Part shown: piece after piece, positions 1-10,075 of the stretch
Layout of the letters: each line of letters begins with the position of its first letter
Position numbering within the stretch: position 1 is the first letter of the stretch
NCBI GenBank assembly: GCA_031835245.2
Contig: JAVKOQ020000102.1
Location: forward strand, 124,001-173,876
Direction of reading: 5' to 3'
DNA from: Balamuthia mandrillaris
Taxonomy: Eukaryota
DNA length: 49,876 nucleotides
The notes under the pieces: model-generated
Databases searched by the model: none
What the model was told of the DNA's origin: nothing
The model's input: the letters and a program-made list of their open reading frames with translations, nothing else
Made by a program: the position numbers and the translations under genes

Positions 1-3000
1 CCAGAGGCCAAGGACACAGCCAGCGTGGTTCGGCGTCTAAAGCAAGGTGAGCCTGGTAAGAGCCCAGAGAAGGAGAAAGAGTTTTGGGCGGATCTCAAAA
101 CGGTAGTCGAGGAGGCCATCGAGCAATGGGAGCAGAAGCTGGAGATCCCCAAGGACCTGCATGTTATCATGGGAGTGTTGGAGGAGATTGTGCAAGGCAC
201 TAGCGGAGTGCAGTTTAGCGACCGGCACGTCAACATGGCTCGCAATTGGTTATTGATATTGAATCGACCGAGAAGACGAAGAAGAAGAGGAGAGCAGGAA
301 TCTTCTTCGTTGAGCTTACTGTCGGAGGAAAGCAACAAGAACCAAAGGAACAAGAGGAAGAGAACAAGCGAACGTAGTGCGAGCAGAAGTTCTAGACGTG
401 GTACGAAGCGCGGGGAGGATGCAGGCGAGGAGGAAGAAGCGGACACTTATTCTCTGGATGAGGACGAGGATGAAAGCGCTCTCTCTTCAGCGGATGACTT
501 TTCCGATGGCTCTCGGCGGCCCAACAAACGCGCCAGAGGAAGAGGAAACGAAAAACGCAAACCATGGAACATGAGCGAACGGAAACGAGCGCAAGAAGCC
601 ATTTTGGCTTTCGGTCGTCCTTGTTGGGAGGAGATCAAACAGTGCAAAGGATTGAACAGGCGAAGCACAGAGGATATCAAGGAATTTGCTCTAGCCTTTC
701 TTTGCCAGTGCTCTCTTGTTGCGCAGCAGTCGCTGCAGCAACAATCATCGGAGAAGAGTTCCAACTCTGCTTCTGGAAGTAATGCTGTGGATGAGGAAGA
801 TGTACAAGCGTTTGAGGAAGCGTTGGCTTTTTGTAGCAGCGCTGGTTCGAGGTACACTCGCTCGGCGGTGGCGGATCATTTGTTGGACGGCGAGGCATCC
901 TCTACATCTTCTTCTTCAACCAATGGCGCTGAATCTTCATCATCAACTGAACCACAAAACGCTTCTCCAACAGTATCAATCATGAGCCAAAAGGAGAAGA
1001 AGCAACGAGTAGATCGTCACAAAGTGTTACAGGACGAACAATACATCACAAATATCAAACGCAAAGCCAAGACATGGGCCAAACGTCTCCTCCTTCTTAA
1101 ACGTCTTAGAGAGGAAGTGGAGCACTTCCCCTCCTTGTCCGACTTTTGTTTGCCCTCTCTGTGGACTCCCAATCACAGCCAGAAGCAAAGCCCGGCACCG
1201 TGGTGGGGGATGGTAGAGGACAGGGACTTGCTTTTGGGCACCTACAAACATGGCTTTGGCTGCTTTGACACCATGATTGCGGATGAGGAGTTGAGCTTTG
1301 GTAAGACGTTGAAAGGAGAGGAACAGGGAAGTGGTGCTGGAGCTGCCTCTCCCTCTGCCTCTCTTGTCTCGAGGCTTCGTTCTTCTTCCAGACGACGTTC
1401 TTCACGCGGAGCAGCAAAAGACCACGACGAAGAGGAAAACCAAGACAAAGATAAAAATGTTGGTTCAACGAGGGGCTGGCCGGCAAAACGTTTGCTAAAC
1501 CTCCGAGTGAAGTCAGTGTTGGATTTGGTGGCGAAGTTGAAGAAAGCGGAAGCCAAACGCAAAGAACGAGAGGAACGACAGGAACAACGAGAGAAGCGTA
1601 AACGCTCCAAGCGAGAGCAACTCGAGAAAGAGAGAAACGAACGTGTTCAGCGACGGCAACAAAAACTGGCCGAAAAGGAGTTGAAAAGCCAGGAGAGAAA
1701 GAGGGAGTGGTCCAAGAGAGAACGTCAAGATTTTAGAGCGGCCATCATGGCGCATGGTCCTGGCGATTGGGCTCTCATCAAGGAAAAAGCCAATCTCACC
1801 AATAAGAGCGAAGAGGCCATTGCAAAGTGTTATGATGAGCTGATGGAACTCGCGCGACAAATGACGGCTGAGTTCCCTGATCCTTATATCTTTTTGAAGA
1901 AAAAGAACAAGCCCACCGACCGAAAAACAGAAGAAGACGGAGAGGATGACGAAGACAGAGAAGAAGAAGAAGAGGAGGAGGAGGAGGAGGAGGAGGAGGA
2001 AGTAGCAAAGATCGTCAAAGAAGAAGACGCAGACATGGAAGGCAGTGATGATGACGAACACAAAAAGAAGAAACAGAAACGAAGTAACAGCGAAAAGGGC
2101 AAATCGAATGTTGATGTGAACAAGGAAGGAGAAGAAGATGAAGAAGAGGAAGAGGAGGACGACGGCGAAACTGGAAAAGAAACCAAGGCAAAACGACCCT
2201 CCTCCCTCAAGCAAAAGAAAGAGAGAGCGATCGAAGTCTTCAAAGCCTCCACTCCACAACAACAAGAACTGCTGGACAATGTCTTCGGCATCTCTCCCAT
2301 TGTGGCTCGCCGCCTCCTCGAACGAGAGGAACTCTGGCACAAACTTCGTCAGCAGCTTTTGCCTCATCCTCATCTTATCTCTCGACTCGCCTATCGTTGC
2401 AACAACAAGAAGATGCCGCGATGGTGGTGCAGCCCGGAGCACGACGTCATTTTGCTTCGTGCTATCGACAAGTGTGGTATCGGCAATACGACAGGAGAGT
2501 GGGACAAGTTTTTATCGCAGAAGAAGAAGAGCAAGAAGAGAAGCGACTCTTCTTCAGGAGGAACCACACAACAAACAATCTTTTGTTGTCCCTTTTACAA
2601 GTCTATTGGCGCTGTTCAACGGATAATTCGAGAAGAAAGCGAATCTTCTTCAACTTCTTCGGAGCGAGGTGAAGAACAGGAATATGAACCGACGGAGGAA
2701 GATATAGCCGAGAAAGATAAACGCAACAAATCGGCTCCTAAGAAAGTCAAGGATGTATTCCTGCTCAAGTTTGTGGAAGACAAAGCCCCATTGCTTCAAC
2801 GGTTGAATCATTACTTTGATTTAGTTCTTGCGGAGGAAGAGGAGGAGAAAGCAAATGAAGAACAGGAATATAAGAAAACGAAGAATAAGAAAGACAAGAA
2901 GAAGCAAAAAGACAAGAAGAAAAAAGGAACCAAAAGAAAAGCAAGCAGCGAAGAAGAAGCAGAAGGAGATGCGATCTACGATCGTCAATATCGAACCGGT

Positions 3001-4278
3001 GGAATAGATCGAAAACGCAGAAAAGCGTCTTCCACTTCCTCTCCCGCTTCGTCCTCCGACATCGACCCTCCTTCTCCTTCCCTCTCTGGTCTGCGTAAAT
3101 CCACTCGCCACAAATCCTCTTCTGCCTCTCGTTCCTCCAAATCCTCGTCCTCGTCTACCTCTACTCTCTCATTCTCCTCCTCCTCGTCCCTTCCTACTGT
3201 CACCATCGAGCGCGACGCAGAAGGACACCCCATTCTCCCTCTCTCCGTCAAAGGAGCGACCATCCATTCCCTCGGTAACATCATTTGGAACCGTCCGGGC
3301 TTCCACAGCAAGAACTACTTGTGGCCTGCGGGCTTTCGCAGCACGCGACGACTTCCCAGCTTGAAAAATTCCAACAAGATGGCCACTTACATCAGCGAAA
3401 TCATTGACACGGGCGGCGATGCCCCTGAGTTTCGTGTCACCCCTTCAGAAGACGGCGAAGAGGAAGAAGGAAAAGCAGGAAGAGAGAAGAAAGCAGGAAA
3501 GAAGGGAGAGAAGAAAACGTTTTATTGGAAGCATCATACGTCGTCGGGAGTGTGGACGCAGGCCTTGAAGGCGATCAAGAGAAAGAGCAACGTGTCGGTA
3601 AGCGGACCGGAAATGTTTGGTTTCAGCTCGTCAGTGGTGAAGAAGCTATTTCAGGAATTGCCCAACGCAACCAAATGCAGAGACTATGTCTTTGTGGAGT
3701 TTGCAGAAGAGCCGCCTGTGCATTCTTCGTCCTCCTCTTCTACAATTTCTGCGTCGACTACAACAACAAAGAAAGAAGCAGAAAGAAAGCAGAGAAAGCA
3801 GGAGGAAGAGAAAGAAAGAGAGAAGGAAAAGTTGAGTGCGACGTTGACTTCGATTCGAGAAGAGTTGTTGGAGAGACAACAAGAAGAAGCAGAAGAAGGA
3901 GAAGGAGGAGGAAAGAAGAAACAAAGTTTACAAGAATTACAGGATGAAGTCAAACGGCTGAAAGCGCAATTGCAACAACAGTATGCTGAGATGACAAAAG
4001 AAAAGGAAGAAAAGGAGGACGAAAAAGAAGAGGAAGAAGAAGATGATGAAGGCGAAGAAAAGGAAGAAGAGGAACAAGAAGAAGAGCCAGAAAAAGAAGA
4101 AATGGAAATGGAAGAAGATGACGAAGATGATGAAGGCAAAGAAGAAGAAGAGGAACAAGAAGAAGAGGAAAATGATGAGGAAGAAGAAATAGAGGAGGTT
4201 GAAGAAGTCGAAAGCGACAGCAACAGCGACAGCGAAAGCGAAGAGGAAGACGAAGAGGATAGCAGTTCAACAGAATAA
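1..4278 (+). CDS. 3' part of CHD-family chromatin remodeler-like protein (two SANT-SLIDE-like modules, FYRN/FYRC domain, acidic tail); 5' end lies outside the window
   Basis: 1417-aa ORF. SANT-like WNMSERKRAQEAILAFG and WSKRERQDFRAAIMAHG; SLIDE-like PAPWWGMVEDRDLLLGTYKHGFG and MPRWWCSPEHDVILLRAIDKCGIG; FYR motifs IHSLGNII..RPGFHSKNYLWPAGFRSTR and VSGPEMFGFS. ATPase domain not in window. Confidence 0.7.
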   Translation, partial: PEAKDTASVVRRLKQGEPGKSPEKEKEFWADLKTVVEEAIEQWEQKLEIPKDLHVIMGVLEEIVQGTSGVQFSDRHVNMARNWLLILNRPRRRRRRGEQESSSLSLLSEESNKNQRNKRKRTSERSASRSSRRGTKRGEDAGEEEEADTYSLDEDEDESALSSADDFSDGSRRPNKRARGRGNEKRKPWNMSERKRAQEAILAFGRPCWEEIKQCKGLNRRSTEDIKEFALAFLCQCSLVAQQSLQQQSSEKSSNSASGSNAVDEEDVQAFEEALAFCSSAGSRYTRSAVADHLLDGEASSTSSSSTNGAESSSSTEPQNASPTVSIMSQKEKKQRVDRHKVLQDEQYITNIKRKAKTWAKRLLLLKRLREEVEHFPSLSDFCLPSLWTPNHSQKQSPAPWWGMVEDRDLLLGTYKHGFGCFDTMIADEELSFGKTLKGEEQGSGAGAASPSASLVSRLRSSSRRRSSRGAAKDHDEEENQDKDKNVGSTRGWPAKRLLNLRVKSVLDLVAKLKKAEAKRKEREERQEQREKRKRSKREQLEKERNERVQRRQQKLAEKELKSQERKREWSKRERQDFRAAIMAHGPGDWALIKEKANLTNKSEEAIAKCYDELMELARQMTAEFPDPYIFLKKKNKPTDRKTEEDGEDDEDREEEEEEEEEEEEEEVAKIVKEEDADMEGSDDDEHKKKKQKRSNSEKGKSNVDVNKEGEEDEEEEEEDDGETGKETKAKRPSSLKQKKERAIEVFKASTPQQQELLDNVFGISPIVARRLLEREELWHKLRQQLLPHPHLISRLAYRCNNKKMPRWWCSPEHDVILLRAIDKCGIGNTTGEWDKFLSQKKKSKKRSDSSSGGTTQQTIFCCPFYKSIGAVQRIIREESESSSTSSERGEEQEYEPTEEDIAEKDKRNKSAPKKVKDVFLLKFVEDKAPLLQRLNHYFDLVLAEEEEEKANEEQEYKKTKNKKDKKKQKDKKKKGTKRKASSEEEAEGDAIYDRQYRTGGIDRKRRKASSTSSPASSSDIDPPSPSLSGLRKSTRHKSSSASRSSKSSSSSTSTLSFSSSSSLPTVTIERDAEGHPILPLSVKGATIHSLGNIIWNRPGFHSKNYLWPAGFRSTRRLPSLKNSNKMATYISEIIDTGGDAPEFRVTPSEDGEEEEGKAGREKKAGKKGEKKTFYWKHHTSSGVWTQALKAIKRKSNVSVSGPEMFGFSSSVVKKLFQELPNATKCRDYVFVEFAEEPPVHSSSSSSTISASTTTTKKEAERKQRKQEEEKEREKEKLSATLTSIREELLERQQEEAEEGEGGGKKKQSLQELQDEVKRLKAQLQQQYAEMTKEKEEKEDEKEEEEEDDEGEEKEEEEQEEEPEKEEMEMEEDDEDDEGKEEEEEQEEEENDEEEEIEEVEEVESDSNSDSESEEEDEEDSSSTE

Positions 4279-4368
4279 ATAAGTTTTTTTTTCTTGTTTT
4301 TTCAAAAAAAAACCAAAGCCTTCCATTCCATGAACGTTGCAAAACTAACGAACCAAAAAAAGAGACGA

Positions 4369-5366
4369 TCAGTAGAACAAAACGCAGTGCATAAGACCTG
4401 GCCTATTGTGTTGCATCTGAAACTCTTCCAGAGTGCGCTCAAACGTTTGTTCCCAGTCGGGTGACTTCAGGATCTGTTTGTTCAGCAGAGAAAACGTTCA
4501 GAAGAGAGATAAGGGAGAGAAGGAGGAGGAGGAGGAGAAGAAGCAGAACAAGAAGAAGAAGAAGAATAGAGAGATTTACCTCTTTGCATAGTTTGAGAGT
4601 AAGTGAACCAGAAACGAGGGCTTCCTCGGCGTTATCTTTGGTGGGCAGGTTGATCAGGTGCATTGGCTCAAAGGTCTTGTTGCCTCTGCTGAACATATCT
4701 GCATTTGTTTGAGAAAAAGAACGAAGAGAGAGAGAGAGAAGTGAAGAGAAGAGAAACCGAGAAAAGAAAATGAGATACCAACGTCGAGAAGAAAAAGAGA
4801 GAGAAGAGCAAAAGAGAAGTCCAAACCATCCATAACAGCTTCGTAGACTCGATCCTCAAACGTTACCACAATGTTAAACCGGTGCCGCGTTTCCTTCTGC
4901 CACTGCTCCGGCGCTTCTTTGACCTTCATGTTCCGCTCCAACATTCTCAACACGCCGTTTTGTTTGTACCTTTTTTTTGTTAGAAAAAAATCCCAAAAAA
5001 TAAATAAATAAATAAATAACAAAAAATAAAAATAAAATGAATAAATCAAATAAAAAAAATAATCAAAAGCTAATAATAATCCAAAACGATGTACAGTTCA
5101 GGGTTTTGTGCTCGGAGGTCTTCAAACATCTGTCGATAAGGCGTGCCAAAGCTGTAGACGTTGGGTTTGTCGATGGCAGGGCCGGGCAGCTTCACGCTGG
5201 AGCTGGTGCCGTAGGAGTGGGCGTTGAAGCCATGCTTCTTCAGCCGAAAATGGGCCTCCATCGAGCGGTTGTTGTTGGAGGCGCACACCAGAGCTACTTT
5301 GACGGTACGCTGCCACTCCTCAAAGGGCGGCACCGCGCCATCGTTGCTGCTGCTGCTGCTCGCCAT
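4369..5366 (-). CDS. SSU72: RNA polymerase II CTD phosphatase Ssu72 (4 exons: 5366-5095, 4969-4827, 4698-4580, 4473-4369)
   Basis: Catalytic [36 protein letters not shown] and C-terminal ..VLFY*; GT-AG junctions keep the frame. Confidence 0.95.
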
Positions 5367-5619
5367 CCGCCTTTCTTCTTTGACCTTTTATCTTTTAAAA
5401 ATGAAATTGGAATGTGAAGAATGTGTCTACAAATACATTCCCTGTTTTATGAAAAAGGATTGGTTTGCTGATTTTCATTGTATGAATTTTTATTGGATTT
5501 ATGGATCTATTACTTTGAAAATTTATTGGATAATTAAATGAAATGACTCCTCATATCAGTTCATTTAATTTGTAACGCAAAAAAAATAATTGAAAGAAAA
5601 GAAATATATAAAAGACACT

Positions 5620-7071
5620 ATGGAGGACGAATTCGACGCATTGATCGCTTCGCTTGACTCAAACCCAACGCCTGCCGCACCGGCAAAGCAACACCAACCT
5701 GCACCCACCGGCGCGAGAGCTCCCTCGGTTTCCTTCAAAACAGCACCGCCGAAAAGGAAAGATGAGGACCTCGACAGCTTGGAGGATCTTATCAGTCAAT
5801 TGGAAACGTCCGATGGTCCCTCTTCTCAAAAGACGACTTCCGACATTCTCTCTGCTGCTCCACCGAAGAAAAGCGGCGTGGCGGAGGCCAGTCGCAGGGA
5901 CAGAGCCAGAAGAAAGAAAGCCAACGAAGACCTGGACGACCTTTTGAACGTTATCAAACCGGACGACTGGACCGACTCTTCTTCTTCTTCTTCTGTATCT
6001 TCTATTCCTTCTTCTTCTTCCATCCCTCCAAAGAAGAAAGAGGAACAACAACAAGCTGCTGCTCAACCGCCGCCCCTCGTAAAAAGAGAAGCTATCGACA
6101 GCAGGCCACCTCCGTCGCCGGAGGATCTGGAGCAGCTGTTCCTCAGCCTGGACTCTTCCTCCAAGAGGCCTGCTTATCAACCTCCGTCTTCTTCTCCTTC
6201 TTCCGCTTACACTTATTCTCCATCTATTCCTCCTCCTTCCCCTTCTGTCCCTTCCTATTCTTCTCCTTATTCTTCCTCTTCTTCGTTGCCTTCGTATACT
6301 TCTGCTTCTTCTTATTCTCAACAACAACCTCAACAACAACCTCAACAACAACGCTCACCAGTTTCCTATTCTTCTCCTTCAGGAGGAGTGATGAGCCCTT
6401 CGGAAGTGGAGAGCATGTTCAAAGAGTTGGAAGGTCTCGAAGGACGACGCAACGCACCTTCGTACCCTTCCTCTTATGCGCAACAACAGCCTCGTTATCC
6501 TGCTCCTTCGTATCCTTCACCTTCACCAGCTTATTCTGCTCCTTCTCCTGCTCGCGCTCCCTCCGTTGGAAGTGGCGGCGTTGCTGAAAGCCCTCTCAAC
6601 GACTATAACCTTTGCTATCAATGTTCGTATTGAGTGTATTGTTTCCTTTCTATTGAAAAGGCGTTAACATTTTTGTAACAATACGCAACAGGCCATCTTC
6701 CATTAACCACCGGAGAGAAGATAAAGGCACTTGGCCACTATTGGCATTTACGTAAGCATCCTTACCCTTTATTTGTAGTATTCTTTTCTTTGTAGTTTTT
6801 GTTTTTGGTGCTTTTCTTATCGTTTCTCGTTTCTCGTTTCTCGTTTCTCGTTTCTCGTTTCTCGTTTCTCGTTTCTCGGTTCTCTTTCTCTTTGTTTTGC
6901 TTTATTGTATGCATCTTGAAACGTTGTTTATTTCACCTCACTTACACCAAAAAAAAAAAAAAAAAAAAAAAAGAATGTTGGCGTTGTACTCGCTGCGGAG
7001 TGTTGTTCATGGAGCAAAAGGCCTTCTTGAAAGCCGGACAACCTTTTTGTGGCAACTGCTCTCGTTTCTAA
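5620..7071 (+). CDS. Paxillin-like protein: LD-like motifs, Pro/Ser-rich linker, single C-terminal LIM domain (3 exons)
   Basis: Spliced C-terminus reads CYQCHLPLTTGEKIKALGHYWHLQCWRCTRC...GQPFCGNC (LIM ligand spacing). N-terminal EFDALIASLD, LEDLISQLE, DLDDLLNVI, DLEQLFLSLD. Confidence 0.85.
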
Positions 7072-7183
7072 ACACTCCTATTTTTGTTTGTCTTGCATTC
7101 ACGCTTGTATTGTTTGTTTTCTTTAACATATCATCATTCCCTTAACTAACATTTCTTTTCTGTTTCTTCTTTCATTCTTTTTT

Positions 7184-8188
7184 TCACTCGTCTTTTGCGT
7201 CCTTTGACATCAAATCTTCTTCTTCATCGTCTTCGTTGTGTTCGCTTTGAGGAAAAGTCAGGTCGCTATCCGCCCATTCGTGGTACCATCCAACCATCAA
7301 CAGGAATGCGCTCAGGAAGAAGAGAACGTCTCCCCAAGAAGCCACCAGACGAATGCTTTTGATGTCGTCAGAGTATATCAAATCCTCTAACGAGTCAATA
7401 CAGTCTTCCTTGCTGGTGTTTTAGAAAAACGGTCAATAAGAAAGATGAAGCGACAAGAAGAAAGTGAAGCGTTACTCTGGGAGCATATTTTCGCAGTCTT
7501 GCTTGAGGTCATAGTAAAGCGCCAATCCAACAATGGTGGCCACCAAGTAAGCCAAACTCCCCAAAATGTTGGTCAAATGGGTCCAAAAGTAAATGTCCTT
7601 GGTTTCCTTGCTGACGTTCAGGAAGTAGTACCAACGCCACTGGGCGCCTTCTCCTTCCGCGTTGACAGACGGATAGAAACTATCGCCTTCCATTCCATTT
7701 CCTATATTGATATGCGTTATAGAACATATTTTGGCGTAAAAGTATGACGGAAGATGCGTACCGGGACTATACTTCATCAGCAGGGCATGAAGGTAGTACA
7801 TGATGCTGTCCACCACATAGACAAACATGCTCACCATCTGTATGATCTGTATCAGCTTCCAGGAGTCAAAGTCCGAGCGAAAGTAAGGGATGATGGCCGC
7901 CATCACATAGCCAAGGCTGCCCACGACGTTCCAAGCCTCCGCCTTGCGGCCGACCCACGAGATGGAGTGCCCGCGAGGGTAGTCCATCCCCTTGAGCGAC
8001 ACCTCAAAGGCCCACCAATAAAAGAAGCTGTCCACCAGAAAGAGCAACGCCAGGAAGAGATAGAGCGCGTTGCTCTGGTCCTCCGATAGAACGGCGTAGA
8101 TGCCGAGAATGTCTACCAGAAGGTAGCCGAAGGACGGGATGAGGTTGAGCAAGTTGCCCAAAAAGTAGAGGAACATAAGCAAGTTCAT
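7184..8188 (-). CDS. Multi-pass membrane protein of unknown function (possibly YrhK-like repeats), 2 exons
   Basis: Several hydrophobic segments with repeated NxxGSLxY and F/YxxDS motifs; in-frame GT-AG intron at about 7474-7413. Confidence 0.6.
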
Positions 8189-8460
8189 TTGTGTGTTCCT
8201 TGTTTCTCCTTCCGTTTGTGTTCTTTGATTTTTTTTCTTTGTGCTTACAGCCTCGTGCTCATTCGTTGTTTTTATTAATTAATGTGCAGATATGATTTTT
8301 GATTGGCTAAGTGATAAGGTGCATGTTCGTTAAAAGAGAAGTTCAGATGTATTACTTTTGTTCTGCAGAAGGGACAAATGCACTTCCAGAAACCAAGAGG
8401 TTGTGTCAAAGACGAGCTCTCTGTCTGTTTCTCTCTTCCTATCTCTTGCTGCAAATGTTT

Positions 8461-9882
8461 TTATTTTTTCCTATTTTGTTTTTTATTCGCTTTGTACTTG
8501 CCGTTTCTACCTCTCCTCGGGCAGCCATTCTTTTCGAGCCATTTCGCCACCTCCCAGTGTTTGTGCTGTTCCGCCCATGCCAACGTTTTGTAATTCCAAT
8601 TATTGCCTTTGGCTCTGGCCCATTTCAACACCTCAATATGTCCGCCCTTGGCTGCGTAGCCACAGATATCATAGTGCAAAGGAAAGCCGTTTGCAACTGC
8701 CCATTGCAGGACCTTCAACTGTCCGTTCTTGGCTGCGAAGGCAATAGTATTGCTGTCATAAGGACATCCGTTTGTTTTGAGCCATTGCAAGACCTCCAGA
8801 TGGCCGTTAAAAGCAGCATTGGCACAAGCATATCCATTCCAATCGCATCCATTCGCTCTGGCCCATTTCAGCACCTCCAACTGGCCATTCTTGGATGCAA
8901 AGGTACAAACTCTGTGGTCCCACGGGCATCCGTTCGCTCTGGCCCATTTCAACACCTCGAAATGAGCGTTCTTTGCAGCAAAGGCACAAGTGTCCTCGTT
9001 CCAAGGGCATCCATTCGCTCTGGCCCATTTCAACACCTCCAAATGGCCCTTGGACGCTGCAAAGACGCAAGTCCGGTCGTCCCAACAACAGCCATTGGCT
9101 CTGGCCCATTGCAAGACGTCCAAATGTCCACCTTTCCCAGCGAAAGCACAGGTTAATGCGCTCCACGGACAATCGTGCTGTCTAAGCCATTGAAGCACCC
9201 CCAAGTGGCCCTTCTTTGCCGCATTGGAGCAAGCCATTTCATCCCACGGGCATTCGTTTGCTCTTGCCCATTGTAACACATCCAAAAGTCCGTGCTTTGC
9301 GGCCAAGGAGCAAGCATATTCTCCAAAAGGACAGCCGGCGTCTCTGAGCCATTGTAAGACCTCCAAATGGCCATTCAAGGCAGCTTGGATTGAAGTCACT
9401 TCATTCCAATGACAACCGTTCTCTCTGGCCCATTTCAGCACTGTCAAATGTCCCTTCATGGCAGCGTTGATGGAGGTTCGTTCATCCCAACAGCACTTAT
9501 TCGCTCTGGCCCATTGCAAGACCTCCAGGTGGGCGTTCAAGGCAGCATTGGCGCAAGTCTCCTCGTTCCAAGGGCAGCCATTCCGTCTGGCCCATTGCAA
9601 TACATCCAAATGGCCCAGCTGCGCAGCCATGGCACAAACTTCCCAGTCCCAAGGACATCCATTAGCTTTGGCCCATTGCAGTGTCGGTACCGAGGAGCAA
9701 GCCCACCGCAGAAAGAACTTTCCTGATCGAAGGTGAGAGGGGCTGCAAGCAAACCAGCGACGGCAGGTAAGGGCTGCGGGTGCCACGTTATGCTCGGGAA
9801 GAACACCAAGTATTTCGCACAGCACCTCCTCAGGTAAGTCTTCTATCCTGGGTCCAGCGGTCTCTTGGGTCTGCTCTTCCAT
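8461..9882 (-). CDS. F-box + ankyrin-repeat protein of the giant-virus/amoeba type (WARANGCPW repeats); intronless
   Basis: N-terminal F-box (DLPEEVLCEILGVL...TCRRW) followed by about 15 tandem 25-aa repeats CaxAAxxGHLEVLQWARANGCPWD. Confidence 0.9.
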   Translation of the reverse strand: MEEQTQETAGPRIEDLPEEVLCEILGVLPEHNVAPAALTCRRWFACSPSHLRSGKFFLRWACSSVPTLQWAKANGCPWDWEVCAMAAQLGHLDVLQWARRNGCPWNEETCANAALNAHLEVLQWARANKCCWDERTSINAAMKGHLTVLKWARENGCHWNEVTSIQAALNGHLEVLQWLRDAGCPFGEYACSLAAKHGLLDVLQWARANECPWDEMACSNAAKKGHLGVLQWLRQHDCPWSALTCAFAGKGGHLDVLQWARANGCCWDDRTCVFAASKGHLEVLKWARANGCPWNEDTCAFAAKNAHFEVLKWARANGCPWDHRVCTFASKNGQLEVLKWARANGCDWNGYACANAAFNGHLEVLQWLKTNGCPYDSNTIAFAAKNGQLKVLQWAVANGFPLHYDICGYAAKGGHIEVLKWARAKGNNWNYKTLAWAEQHKHWEVAKWLEKNGCPRRGRNGKYKANKKQNRKK

Positions 9883-10075
9883 GCTCGCCAAGTCGGTGTC
9901 CAGGTGACTTGGCAAAAAGCAACGAGAATCCGACTGACCCGTCCTCTATTTTCTTTTTGTTTGTTTCTTACCTGCTTTTTGCCAAGATTAGCTCATAATA
10001 CTAATTAAAAATAGCAATTTAGGGCAACCACCCTGGTTGCTGCAAGTAATCGCAGATAAGAAAGATGCATCAGGT

